Assembly: GCA_000320545.1 (NCBI GenBank)
Contig: ADNK01000619.1
Span: forward strand, 1 to 64,000
DNA: 64,000 bases
Origin: Bigelowiella natans CCMP2755
Taxonomy: Eukaryota > Protista > Cercozoa
Direction of reading: 5' to 3'
The notes below the pieces were generated by a model. That model had not been told where the DNA came from and did no database searches. It saw nothing but the letters and a program-made list of their open reading frames with translations. A program made the translations under genes and the position numbers. Shown here one piece after another: positions 32,599 to 47,045 of the stretch. Within the stretch, counting starts at the first letter, position 1; each line of letters begins with the position of its first letter.

Positions 32599-35500
32599 TG
32601 ATTGGATTTCAGTGTGTAAGTCATACGTTGCACCCGACGATGTTAGTGATAAACTAATGTTCTTCACTTCTTTCTCCGTCTGAATATCGGAATCATATAC
32701 CGTCAATTCATCACCAATCCGCGCATCTATAACGGTCATCATCATCAACAACATCGACATTAACTCTTCAACCGCATGCCAATATCTTACTATAACGGTT
32801 CTTCGCCGCCGCTTGATTTCGACGCCTCTGGACTGAACAAACTGATAAGAGGAAAAACGCGGAACACACGAGCAATAAAACGAAGAAATACCATGCTGCT
32901 CACCATTTAACAGAAACAGGCTGACTTCTAATTTACAAAGATTTGTTACATCTCATACCGGTAAGTAACACAACTAATAGTGCTATTGGTCTCTACCACA
33001 ACACCACCACTACCATGACATCCTACAACTACATATCATTCGAATGCCGGACTATATGAACGGGGCTATCTAGAGCTTTCAACATTATCATTATCATTGT
33101 CATCATCATAATCATACACGCTCCTCACCCTACGAAATATTTCCCTTGTGACTGAATCCGGAAATATCTTCTCGATATCATAGTCTTCTTGCTGTATAGT
33201 AGTAGAGAAAAAGACATTTTCATCATCGTTATCATCATCATTTAGTGGTTCAGAAATTCATGGTGATGCTCGTACTCACCTAAAAATGGCTTTCGATCAA
33301 ATCATATACATATGCTACCTCGCTCACAGCTTTCTTGCATTGTCGGCACATATGAGGCACCCATTTTCCCCAATCATCAGCAAAACCTTCCATCGTTTGA
33401 AGCATCTTGTCTTTCCTGCAGGAGGAGCAATCACGGTAAGGAAGAAGGAGGAGGAGGAGAAGAGGAAGGAGGAGAAATTAGCTGAGAAAAGGAGATATCG
33501 AGATATAACGAGAAGAAGAAGAAGAAGAAGAAGAAGAAGAAGAAGATGACGTAGATGATGATAATGACGAATGATCGACGATTCTAATTTAAAATTCGGA
33601 TATGTGAGCAGCAGCACGTTGAAGCAGGTAGCACTTACGTCGTTTGTGGGATCTTTTCGTCTTTCTTATATTTGTTGTACAGAGAGACGACTACTTGATC
33701 GAATGTCATCAGATCTAGAAGGCTCTAGAAAGAGGAATAGCAGAAGAAGAACAAGAACAAGAACAAGGAGAAAAAGGAGAAGAATAAGATCACACTTGTC
33801 CCCAAGTATTGATGTTACCTAGAATAACACCAAAGGGCCTATTTGTTTTTGCATCTTCTTCCCATTATTATTGCCATCGTTATCATCATCATCATCATCA
33901 TCATCACAGTCACTACGTTATCATGGCGAACTCTGAACAAATCTCCTTTCCGACACAGTACGCTCTCCCATACCTGATCAACAAGGTAAGAACAAATATC
34001 ATTCATTTTTACTCTATTACTCTCCTTTCTGCACCGACGACAACCATACTTTATACTTGGATTAAAGCAGCTAGAGACTACTACACGAGGACCGGATGAT
34101 AATGATGATGGTGATGATGATACAGCGAAGAGCAGCAGGCAGGTACGGTGTTGCCTCTACCGTTGCTACTGCTACTGCTACTGCAACCTTTCTCTCTGTG
34201 CTACTCCTCTACTACTTACTACATACGTCTGTCATAATGTCCTCCATTCCTCCTGCGATGTATGCGAGCCGGAAAACCTGATTCATCATTACCATATAGC
34301 ATTTTTTGCAGCATCTAAACATTAGAAAGCACACAAATGCGGGCGTGATCATACTACAGTTGTCTTCTCGCCTACATCACGTCATAGTTGTCGTAGTGAA
34401 ATACCTCCTGCGGAACTGAAACCAATGAATAGAAGTTGCTCCTCCAAAAGTCGATATACTTCTGTTCCGTCCTGTTATTCCAACCCTAAACACACACGCA
34501 CGCACGCACGCACACACACATAGGCACATACTGTATTTTTGGGAAGGAAAGAGGTGTTGTGCTTCTGCATGCTGCATTTACAATAAATACGAATAAGAAG
34601 AAAGAAAGGGGAAATAAAGGAAGAAGATGAGTGAGACGTTGGTAGAGATTGTAAGCTGCAGGTTCATACCAATCTTTCCATGAACGAATGGACACCTGAA
34701 AGAGTAGCGGAATTCAATATTTCGCCATTACTATTATTGTTGTTATAATCATATTTGTAATTATTATTTTTATTTCTACAATATTATCTGTGTGTCTGTG
34801 TGTGTGTGTTACTGATCTATTTGTGTTTGGGTGGTCATCTTCGATTCATTTTTTCTTCTCATCACCCGCATAGACGTTCAGATTATCGTAATCGAGTCGA
34901 TGTCTCTCGTTGCATAGCGTATCTGCTATGATACATATCACCCTTGCCAACTAATTGAATTGTTAGATGGGTTGTCGTGTTAGTATTGTGATCACACATA
35001 GATATCACCTCACGGCACTATATTGCATCGCTTCGAATCAACTATTCCATTAACATTTTGGGAAGACGATGACAAACGACAACGACGGCATTATCCTGCA
35101 CATGGGGAAGTGGCAACAACAAAAGCAAGAAAGTGTATATCAGTAAAGTGGCGATCTTGGTACCTGAGATGGAGCTCCTTCCATTATCACTTCAATCGGG
35201 TTATACTGCTCTCTTCTCATTATGAAAGCAGCAGGATTGCTAGTAGCCTCCGCGTATTGGTCCAGCTCGAGCTGCCTCGTAACCTTTTTCCCACCACCAA
35301 TGATTAAATATACACATATATAGATGTGCACATATATTAATATTTTTTTTTATATATTTATATAAAATAAATATATGTATATGCTGTATATGTTCGTTGG
35401 TTTTTCTTGTTCTCTTTTGTGTTACACACACACTCCGGGTTGATTGGAAGCTTGGTTGTCGTGTGCAGGTATGTCGCTGTCATTCCGACAGTGCTTACGG

Positions 35501-35682
35501 TGTAAAGTGCTTTTCTGACTCCCTGCATCGTTGTGTTCGGGCTTATTCCCAGAATCTGATGGGGGTGGGTAGTATATATTTCATTCTTTCATTAGCACCA
35601 TCATCGACAGCATATACTACTACTGTGCGTCGTCGAGGTAGAAAAGGAGAGGTCGACGATTCTCCGATCATTGTGATAGCAT

Positions 35683-35718
<36 letters not shown>

Positions 35719-36527
35719 GCAGCAGCAGCAGCCGAGTGCTTTACTGTCTGTGCTCACTGACGTCGTACAAATTGACAGATTCCAGAAACTTCTCAACGCG
35801 GGATATTTGATATATGCCGTTCTTCGAGCATCTTTCAAAAATCACATCCTCGTCGTAGTCAAGAGGGTTGTCATCACCTCCCCCCCCCGCTGCATCTAAC
35901 CCCCCCTGGCCTTCTTCAATGGCACCGTCACAGACGAATTGACTGTTTGGTGGCTCTTCCTCGTCATCATCGACGTTCCTTTCTTTTTCTTCAATCTCCT
36001 CTGGTAGGCACTCAGAGAGAGTTCGGATGGAAAGAAATGCCTGGATAGCAGCCATCAACATTATGGCATATTTATAACATCGTGCTGAATCAACGACGTG
36101 CCAACATACGAACGACAATGGTGGTGGTACATATGGGGGTGGGAAGCCTTGGTGATGATGATAATTACTATTCAGCGGCAGTAGGTGCACTAGTTGTAGC
36201 AGAGGAAGAGGAAGGAAGAAGAAGGAGAAGAAAAAGAAGAAGAAAATGAAGGAAGAAAAATAGTGCACTACTTAACAACAACTATAAATTTTCTACTGCT
36301 CTAATACTAATACTACTACTATCATCACCATCACCATCGTCAAGTATTGATGACGCCATTTTCCCTACCTGTGTTGCATTGAACGAGCGAGCAAGCCGCA
36401 GCTCTGTGTTCCAATGAGGAGGTATCTCAGGGATGTTATAATCGGAATCTGAGGAGAATGGCTCTAGTCTCACTCCAGGCCCCCCTCCATCGGTACTGAC
36501 ACTCACTGAGAGATAGAGGGAGAGATG

Positions 36528-36558
<31 letters not shown>

Positions 36559-37558
36559 GTATATTGTTAATTCGGTTATGATAATAATAATGATAATAAT
36601 AATAAGAATAATAGGGTAGGGCGATAAGAAGCTTCTGCATGACTGACGTGAAGAAACGATGATGGTTGATGAGGAGAATTACACCATCTAAAAGAGAAAT
36701 AGGTGTAGAGGAGGCAAAGAATAGCGTAGATAGATAGTAGGAGGGTATTTGACTGGCATACTCATACATACATACTCATACATGCATACTCATACATGCA
36801 TACATACATACATACATTGCTGTTGGTCTGGATCTGTGGAGGGATCTTGATAGAGCTCGCCTCGTCTATCATCAAACACACTTATTCAGCCGTTGATTGA
36901 GGTACTACCACCACACAGCTAAGACGACGACGACGACAACTACTACTACAACAACAACTACTACTACTACTACTACAAACTACAGCTCCCAGTATGTTTG
37001 CCTAGTGTCAAAGATAAGTTGGTAATACTACAACTACTACTACTACTACTACTACTACTACAGCAATAATATAACACATCATGTGTTTGTTCCTATGCAG
37101 ACGTGCAAATATGACAGCGACTGCCTCTATGAATAAACAGCGCAGTTACTCCAAATCCCACCTCTTGACTTGCAACTTCCTGAAATTCGGAATTTTTCTC
37201 GCAGGTTCCCGCTGCGAGTAAGGACGGCAGAGTCCAAGAGCTGTTGCTCCTTCAGGCGGACACACCTTTCGAAGAGGCCTTTGAATCCACGATAGAATAT
37301 CGAACCGAAACTTGTCACGACACCCGGGCACTCCTGCAAAGCCCCGTCCTGTGAAACACAGCAATGATTAGAACAGGATTAACTGGAAGCGGTCTTCCAT
37401 TCTTTCGCAATGCCTGTGTCATTATATCCTTGGAGAGCATCGTTGGCCTGCATCGACGAGCGTAGATAACGGCGTTCCGGGTAACAGTTGATGAAAATGC
37501 TTATGAGAATAAAGGAGGCCAGGGGAAGGAGCCCAGCTGGCCTTCGGCAAGGAGCCAT
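32105..37558 (-). CDS. J-domain-containing protein (DNAJC9-like core) with a hydrophobic leader; exon chain tentative
   Basis: LESVNLYD|ILGISPNTTMQGVRKAL (J helices I-II), ADTLCNERHRLDYD (helix IV), KYIDFWRSNF, VWESVLCRKGDLFRV (compare DNAJC9 IMESVLC). Leader MAPCRRPAGLLPLASFILISIFINC. No HPD motif located. Confidence 0.5.
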
Positions 37559-37927
37559 TCCCTTCCTCCTCCTCCCCGATACCCGATCAATGATGGTTTT
37601 AACATCGTCTATTAGGAAAGATTTAACCCATAAAACATCTGAATATTGCCTCACCTAGAAAACAAGAAATAATGTTCTCGCAGTGAATAATCTAGACAAA
37701 AATTAATGCTTAATATTTCCAAGTGAAGCCTCTACTACTCCCTCCTCCCCCCCCCTGCGCCTGCTCCGTCACATCATATTCGTTCCTCTTCGGAACCTCT
37801 CGTTACTATTGCAGATGGTGCTCTCTTCACCAACCCGCCAAGTCGATGGAGCTTAGTTCGTAGCAGCATCCTGAGATAATCGTCTCTTTAGTGTCGTCGT
37901 CGTCGTCGTCGCGTCGTCGCCATTATC

Positions 37928-39842
37928 TTGCACGCATCCGGTTGCAGCCGTTGCTTAGCTGCTTTGATTGAACCCATCATTTCCGTCATCGGGAATACCC
38001 GGGAGGAATTCTGGCAGAGGAGGCGGCGGCGGCGACGACGACGACTATGGAGGGTGTATTTTGCGCTGGCTACACTGCTCTTTGCGGCGTACTCATCGGC
38101 CAGAAACAACGGGGCATTACGGTAATCAACTGTCCTCTTTCCTGCATGGGTATGCTTGCTGGGATTAACTCCTCCAGAACTTATTAGTATTTGTTTTCTG
38201 TTGTCAAAGATCATCGCTCCGACGAGAAGAGAGCCAACTGCAGCAGCTGGACCCTGAGGAGAGAGGAGGAGGAGGCACAATCTCAGAACAATGGTCGGTA
38301 GTACTTGTTGCCGTATGCATGCATATATTTATATATGAAAACAAGTCTTTGGACGGCTATACCTTGACCGATAAAATTTGGCATGTGAAATAGGAAGAGT
38401 GCCGGTGGCAGCAGCAACGCAATAGAAGGGGTCAATTTCAGCCCACATGAACGACTTAATTTGGATGAAAAGTACCTCGACGAAGAGAAGCAGCTAGATT
38501 TAAAAAAGATAGTAAGTTATAGTAGTGATGAGAACAAGGAGGCGGCACTCGCTGTGAAAGATGATAAAAAGCGTCAAAGTGGCTCTGGTGAAGGGGGGCG
38601 TTCAAGCGATCTTGAAAATTTTGCCGGTATCCAAGGAACGAAGCGTCTTAACGTTCCGAGGATGAAAATAGGAGGAAGTAGCTGCGAAAGGGGAGAAGAC
38701 GATGATTCTGGCACTTATTCCCCATTTCCAGAAGATAAAATTAACGAAAACTTGCGGCAACAAATGCTGAGACGAAGGGGCAAAACTGTCGCACCTGCTC
38801 AGGTTGGTGATTCGATATGCTGATGGTGGTAACAAGCATGATGCTGGCCTCTACTTCAACGTGAGGGAGGAGAACTATTGAAGAAAAGAATATAAGTTTA
38901 TTGGAAAGGAAGAATTATCAAACCGCTTGATAATCCAAGGCCAATTTATTCCACAACTATTATTGTATCGATAAAAGCAGTGCATATTTGCTTCAATCCT
39001 CAAACATGCTTTTCCCTATCATCTTTATTCACAGACACCACCGTACGCACAACTTCCACTAATAATAAAATGCTTCTAAGTTATTTTAATTATCACAGAA
39101 GGAGGGTCGACTTGCGTTTGAAGATAGAAGAAACGAGCAGCTCAAAGATCGGTTGCAACCTTGGGATGATGCGAGCAGCAACGATAATGACGATGAAGAC
39201 GAGGACGACACAGATCATAATAATAGAAACTCTGGACGGCGAAGGATACTGCGACGGCGGCGGCGGCGGCGACGACGACATATGGATGGCCTTGATCCTG
39301 ATCTTCTCGTCAACGCTGATGGAGGCATTTCCACAGGAAATCGCAATGACGACGAAGATGAAAATGATAATGATTCTCAGCAGTCGGTACAAAGCACTTT
39401 CCGGAACTTCAATCCAACCACTGACTTTTATTGCTTCTGTTTGCTTGGACAGAATAGCGAGAACAATTCTGAAGACTCTGGAATGATTCGCTATGTGAAT
39501 GGGGATGGGCAGCTGGGAAATATGTTTACTGCAGGCAACCATGAGGATGTGACCTCTGATGACTTGACACTTTTTCTCACTGATGACCCTAAGAACCCCG
39601 AGAAAAGGCTTCCAGTAGAGGCAGGAAAGAGAGAGACCATAGATGGCGTCACAGTGACATTACCGCGGAGAGGAGCTGGAGATGGTGAAGATGGCGACGA
39701 TAATGGTGGCCGGAAAAGGTCCCAACGCGGCAGAAAGATGGACGGGGAACTTACTAAAGCTGAAAAGGCAGCGCGAAGACTGAAGGGAGTGGGCTTGACC
39801 ATCCTTTCTGGTGATTCCAGCTCATCAATTCTAAAGCTTTAG
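37928..39842 (+). CDS. Unknown low-complexity acidic/Arg-rich protein; 5' end uncertain
   Basis: Long, coding-like open frames at 38461-38801 and 39153-39842 with plausible splice sites; no recognisable domain. Confidence 0.45.
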
Positions 39843-40703
39843 CAAGGTGCTTATATCATCCACAACCCGGTTTCCACATCAAAAGAATTTCAAGCACTGT
39901 GGCACCTCTAAAGGCCGTGCACTAGTCACCACAGCCACGATACGTTTAAGGTTGTGACTTCAATCATAATCCACAGGCCTCAAAACTAGTTGCGCACATT
40001 GTAACAACTTGCAAATCGATCATTGTCTTGCTCAAATTAACCGCATCATGATTGTTTTCACATGTCAGTGATGACCTGCGCTTCGTGTATCACCCGTGAC
40101 ATCATCCGTATCATTGCAGCGTATCACAGCAAGCGCAAACGACGCACATCATCGCTGCAACTGGTGTAACATCTTATTTGCATTGGATGTTGGGGTCGTT
40201 GTCCAAATCCGCTGATCGAGGGCATCCTGAAGAGTGCAGGATGAACATGCAGTCTCCACAGTCAGATCCAAATAGACACGCCGTGTGCAACCGAGCTCAG
40301 CGAGGCACGCAGGAGCTCAGACAAAGCAGGGTGATGAAAGTGTAGCTGTGGAGCTTTAGAATTTCATGCTCGAGCGCGCAGCATGCTAGCATGCCTAGAT
40401 CTAGAGATGTGCGCGAACACAGTTTGAGCGTCACGTTCATGTTGGCTTCAATGAACACCAGATCAAAGTGCAAGGTTGAATGTGCGATGCGCAAGGGCGA
40501 AGTGAGTGGCTGCTGTCACAGAGTGTGTTGACCAATGGACACGTTTCAGATGTCCAATGCACCTGAATGAATGAATGTGAATGAACGAAGCAGTTCCATG
40601 GGAGCGGTGCACTTGCACATCTTGTCGGCGGCGCGGTTGGCTAGTTGGGCGTCCAAGGCGGTGCACAGTCGGTCAAGAGGAAATTGAGAAGAAGAAGAAG
40701 AAG

Positions 40704-40734
<31 letters not shown>

Positions 40735-41678
40735 GCCTTTTGCAAAGCGAAAGGTGAACACGCCAACCAATTGTCGCAATCCCAACAGTCAAACCAAGAC
40801 GATGTCACGGGAAGATCAGCGTCCGGCCATCGCAAGGCAACGGTGTCCACAAACAGACGACCCGGGGGACACGAGCTGACGTCCGCCAGCATCAGTGTCT
40901 GTGCACGTGTCAGTGTCACACGAGGATTGTCTGTGCGAGCTCCGGCGACGAAAAGCAAAAGCACCACACTGCCAGACACAAGCCAACGCGCCGTCCATCT
41001 CCGCGTGGCGTGCACCAAGAAAAAAAATGGAAGCAGTGCAAGCACGCGTCATCACGCGATGCATTGCAACAGCTCATTTGATGAGGCTCGGCGATGGCTC
41101 CCTCAGGGCCCTTCAGTTTTGCTTTTTTCTTCACTACGCCAGATGATCATCCAGAAGAGAACAGGGTGCTTCATCGCAAAACGTTGGCAATGAACGTCGG
41201 TCAAGACAAGACAACCTCCAGGACAAGGTACCCCATGCACCGATGTGATCGTGTCGCAAAAAGCAAAAAAGCCTGACTAAAAAGTTGTTCCAGACGCAAT
41301 AAGTCTCATTGACTGCGGTGTTCTGGTGTGTTGTTTTGGTAGAAAATAGGTAAGTTTAAGGTTGATCCCAGTACTAAATGGTTCAGAATGATAAGAGGAG
41401 CGAAGAAGAAAGGAAAAAAAGGAAAAAGAAGGAGAAAAAGGAACAGGAGTACTCGGAGTTTTTTTTTGTGTCTGAGATCATTCAGGAGTGAGAGCAGAAC
41501 AAATCACTCACCAAAGACAGACAACCAAACCTGGTCTCAGCCTGCCACCCCCCTCTGTCTAATACATTCCTCATCTTCCCCCGTCCTCTGCTGATTCATG
41601 AAATGTGCTATTGCACTTTTCTGTACGCCGGAAAATTTGGTGTTGACGTGATTTGCATGTGTGTGTTAGTAAACTAAG

Positions 41679-43155
41679 ATGGACTCAAAGGCAGCAAAGA
41701 AGGTTGCGGAATTTCTACAATCCAAACTGAAGGTGTGACATATCGTGTCTAGCAAAATCTGGAATCATTGGTGGTGATCAATCAATGATGACAGTGATTC
41801 ATTGTCGGTTGGTTTGAAATAGATCTAGAAATATCTTTTTCTTCTCCCTCGCTCATATCATCAGCATCAGCATCAGCATCAGCATCAGCATCAGCAGCAG
41901 CAGTAGCATTACATAATCCTCATCATCACCGTGGTTATTTCCATTAGGATAGCGGTGATATTGATGTTGCTATAGTGTGCGGTTCCGGACTTAGCCATCT
42001 CAGTGAAGCGCTCGAAAAGCCTATCCACATCAAGTAAATCACAACTAAACTGCTGCACCCTCACTGGAGGTAGTCTGCATGGAATAATACTGGTTTCTGA
42101 TACCAATGTTTCTTGTTCTTTTGCTTTTGTCTTCGTCTTTACGAAGGTATGCTGATATTCCCGGGTTTCCAGTTCCATCAGTCGCAGGGCACAAGGCGGT
42201 AGGAGATAGATGATCATATTTAAATCATTACTCAGGATATTGTGTGGACTTTCCCTACACTTTTCAATCTAACACATCACAGAAAACGCATGATGAAGCA
42301 CTTATTATGCGGACATATTAATTATTCCTCTGGTGGCTGATTAGGAGCTCGTATTCGGTTTCTTCGGGAAGAAGGTGGGTATATAGATTTAGCAACAAGG
42401 GGGGGGGGGAAGAGGAGGATGCGAGTTTATATACATCAGCAAAGCTGAATAAAATCTGATTGATAAAATCTTGGTTCTCTGCGGTTCCACAGAGGGTTGT
42501 TTGTATGCGAGGGCGTTTTCACACATATGAAGGATACGATATCCAAAGGTCATTTTGAAAATAATTGTGTATAATGATGAACGTTATTATATTTTACAAT
42601 AATAGTAGCCGAGAGTAAGACCGCCTAATCCCATGCCCAACCTCCCTTTTCTTCTTCATCCAGCACGCACCAAAACATCCATCATAACCTGCTGCTCTCT
42701 CTAACGTTAGGACGGCTCTTCCAATTGCTGCTTTCAAGTATCTTGGTAATAAATAGCTTCTTGTCGCACATTGCATTTGTTGGGCTGTGTTTGGTAGTGT
42801 GTTCGTGGCCGATAGGAGGAAGGTTAGGCTAGAAAATATGCATTTATGAGATATATAGATATTATATATAGAACTATTTATATATATATGTATGTATATT
42901 GTACAGAATTGATAAACATTAATAGGGGTGAAAATACTGGTTGTGACGAATGCTTCTGGTGGTTTGAACCCTGAATATGAGGTGATAGAACGATGATGAT
43001 TGATGATGATGGTGATGATGACGGTGGTGGTGGTAGTGGTAGAAATGCCAGCGCTTTTGATGATTTATGGTGATGACCAAGTGGGGAAACACTTGTAGCG
43101 GTAGTTGTAGTAGAGTATGGCCGTTTGTCACTGTATATTGGATATAAAAGGTTGC

Positions 43156-43193
<38 letters not shown>

Positions 43194-45004
43194 CCATCAC
43201 CATCACTTAGCAATTGTTTGATGATCGATCTTGATTGGCCTTAGGTGGGCGATTTTATGGTGATCCAAGACCATCTGAATCTTCCTGGATTGGCCGGAAA
43301 GCACCCTCTTGTTGGTAGGTGCTAGCAGTGGTGTTAGATGCCGTTACGTGCATACATATGCGACATCTTAATTTCGTCTTTAGCGATCTGAAGCTTCGCT
43401 GCTGCTCAGGATGACCGAATTAACAGATCTACCATCATTCTTCTTCCTCCCCACCGCCATCACCATATTTTTCCTTCTTCTTCTCCTTCTTCTAAGCTAT
43501 TATCCTGCTTATGCTCACTTGGTATCAGGCGAGAATGATAAGGAGTTAGGACCACGATTCCCCGCAATGTCAGATTGCTACTATGGGCCTCTACGAAGAT
43601 TTGCTCTCCAGGTGATGAGGAAGTACATGAGATGACGATTGCTTTGTTTCTCCGTTCTGCCTACAAAGTCCCACCACCGTGTTCCAACAATTGTAAAAAC
43701 ACAACTTCTTCTTAGGTCGGCAGCCGTTTGGGATTGGGAAATAGGATGAGAACAGGCACATACGTGTTTGTCAGTGGTAATGAAACCTCCTTAACACCAC
43801 CACCACCACCACCACCACCACCACCACCACCATTACTGCTGCTGCTACTACCTACCAGCTGAGTTATCCAGTTGGAATCGTGCACTTAGCACGTCAGCGA
43901 CGACGTTATAGTATTAACATTTGCAGCAGCACCACCAGGAGCAGCTACAACACAACAATACGATGATGATAGCAGTCAAAACACATCTTTCCTCCTCTTC
44001 CTCCCCTTCCTCAGGCCCTAGCTACGAAACGGGTGCAGAGTCGCATTTCCTTTACAACTCAGGTAGAAGTAGTTGTAGTAGTAGGAGAAGATCTTCTTTT
44101 GTGAGTAGTAATGAGTGGCATACGGGAGATTTGCCGTGGTAACACCTCTCTTTCCTCCTCCTCCTCCTCCTTCATCATCATCATCATCATCATCATCGTC
44201 ATCTTTTTGAATCGACAGGAGCTGACGCAGTCGGCATGTCAACAGTACCTGAGACCCTAGTTGCTCACTATTGTGGATTGAAGGTACTAATGGTCGTACC
44301 AGCAGCAGCAGTACTAGTAGTAGTAGTAGTAATAAGTAGCATGAAAATCATCATCATCATCATCATCAAGAAGGATGTTGTTGTTGCTGCTCCTACTGCT
44401 GCTGCTGCTGCTGCTGCTGTCTCTCTGAAAAGGTTCTCGGTGTGTCGCTGATTACAAACAAATCCGTCATTGATCCTGATAATGCAAAAGTGGCTACTCA
44501 TGAAGAGGTGAAAAGCAGCTGCGACACATATTGCCACCATGCACACTTACACATAGATACGTAACAAAAGAGCCCGTGCTACGACCTTTTGCTTGTTGTC
44601 TCTGCGTTGTCATCATTAAAGCTGGAATATGATGAACTTGATGATGATAATGATGATGATGGTTGGTAAACAATTGGTTGTTCTGTTCAGTTATTCTGAT
44701 AACATCTCTCTTTGCATGCCACAAAACCAATATACGACGTATGCGTGTTTAGGTTCTTGGAGCAACCGGAGGCGAAAATCAGGAGAAAATGCAGGTAGTT
44801 GGCAGCTGCTGCTGTTGGGGGTGGTAATGGTGGCATGCGAACTCAATTGCTCTATTATTGTATTATTATCATGGGGAAGCGTCATAGCTATCATGGAAGA
44901 TGATGATGGTGATGATGATGGTGACGTGTTTTTTCCTCTTCTTCTTCTTCCATTGATTATTTAGATGCTGATCAAGACCATTATTAAGGACTTCGATATT
45001 GATG
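41679..45004 (+). CDS. PNP: Purine nucleoside phosphorylase (trimeric PNP family); may extend with extra 3' exons to about 46110
   Basis: MDSKAAKKVAEFLQ, VCGSGLSHL, IPGFPVPSVAGH, ELVFG, VVCMRGRFHTYEGY, GDFMVIQDHLNLPGLAGKHPLVG, GPRFPAMSDCY, GPSYETGAE, GADAVGMSTVPETLVAHYCGLK, ATHEE. Confidence 0.93.
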
Positions 45005-45135
45005 GTCAGTTCAAAATATATACATGTACTTTCGGCTGATGTGGGAAAGGCATCATCAATCCTTACTTTATTGTATGTTGTACAAGCCAATATCGATACA
45101 CGTAAAGTATTATATTCGAATGTGTATGTGTAAAT

Positions 45136-45177
<42 letters not shown>

Positions 45178-46734
45178 AGCAAAGGAACAAATTCCTCCTA
45201 CCGCAATTCAAAGCAGAGCCGGTAGCAGCAGCAGCAGCTAAATACCTATGCTTTTAGGCCAGTACTGTCAATATCTTAACTTTTAGATGATAATGAAATC
45301 ATATACTATTTACAACAGCAAGCATCAATGACATAATAAGTCAAATTTGAACAAGTATATTTGAGCGAGTTAGTTCTGTCTGCAGCTCCAACTACTGCTA
45401 CTTGTATTGAATGAGCATACTCGCACAATAGGTATATCCCAACGAGTAAAATCGATGGAGAAGACAATCAAAAGTCTCAAAAGAATGGTATCATCATATT
45501 AGCTAATCAGCGACGATTTTTAGCGGCATGTTTTTGGTACTGTTTGCGCCAACCGAATGAAATCCAAAATTGAATACTTTCTGCTTTTTTGAATTCATTG
45601 CTCGATCTTCGATGCTCTCATCATGATTCATATGGGGTGTGTGCCGTTATCATACAGGTTGGGGTTCTATCTGTTGGCTTCGTTGCTCTTCTGGGATTGC
45701 AAGTACGATCATCGATGCACTATCTACCCAGTCCTAACCACAACCCTCCCTCCCTCTATAGGCGTTTCAACGGATGAAAAAGAGATCATGATACATAGAA
45801 GCTGGATTAGTTAGTCCATGGTAATATAATTACAGATATAACCATAGTGAAACTCAACCAAATAGTAACAGAAGTAGTAATAGTAGTAGCAGAAGTAGTA
45901 GGTATCAGTACGTTGATCGGTAGTTTATTCCTCTACTATTATCAATCCATCGACGATATAGTCGCATGGGGATGGCATGCATGCGCTGGTGTGATGTGTG
46001 ATGATATGTGTATATATTCATTGAGCAATCTATAATATGCGTGACTAATGATCATTGTTTTATTTCTGGACCTTAGCCAAACGACGTTCAAAGATGCATA
46101 CCCGTACTTGAACTGTTAACGTAGTAACACCTACATGGATATCGGTGTCGCTATAACGCATAATTTTCCCATATCGTACCGATGAGTTCGCATATATAGA
46201 TATATCCACAAAATAATGCTAGGTGGCAATCGGCTTCACCATTTTGCTAGCTTGCATGTGCGGCAATAAGTCGCCCTTAACAAAGACTTCATGACTGAAT
46301 GCTCATCATTGTGTTTTATGATAACTAGATAACATAAGCAATGGTGATAGGATAGGACGCTTGCTCTGATTTCACATGGCTGAATGCTAAGCTAAATTTA
46401 TGTGAAGAGAGTATGCTCATGTGTCGATCGTAGCGTGTTCTAGTGTTGCTGCAAGGGAACTGTCTAAATTTTGTCACGTTCATGCCCATTCTCCCAGTTA
46501 TTCGCCGCACACATCTACGCGCTATATGTTATATGCAAATGTAACGCCAACAAGTGAGCCAGTGCACCGAGTATTCTAGGACTCCCCACTCCTCCTGCTA
46601 GCCTGGCCTCCCTATGATTTCTAGCTCATATAAGCTACTATTGTATTGCTACATCGATGGCACATCCTAATAACACCGCTTATAATCCTAGATAATACAT
46701 AGTTGCTGGCGCAAAAACAAACGGGCACAACACC

Positions 46735-46912
46735 AGCGCTGTAGCCACAGCATTCTAGCATTGCACAGCCACATTGGGATGACCATTGAACAAATGTACT
46801 TATTTATTCATTAGAAGACATCTATCTTAGCGGTGCTGGTGCCGCAGCATTGCACAGCTACATTAGGATGACTGTTAGAAAAATCGAATTGTTTTATTAC
46901 ATCCGTCTCATA
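46735..46912. repeat. Dispersed short repeat (two tandem core copies)
   Basis: AGCATTGCACAGCCACATTGGGATGACCATTGAA (46757-46790) and AGCATTGCACAGCTACATTAGGATGACTGTTAGAA (46846-46880); homologous to 62395-62478. Confidence 0.75.
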
Positions 46913-47045
46913 GATGCTGGTGCGATTTATAGTATTCGGTTTTACGTTTTGGGCCATTCGTTCATTCATCCATCAAGACCACACCGCAGCAGAATTGTAG
47001 CTAGCTGCTGCTGCTGCTGCTAGTAGCATGCCTGACTTCTCGTCA

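Noticed and set aside
41909-42217. 102-aa minus-strand ORF
   Set aside because: Antisense shadow of PNP exons and introns.
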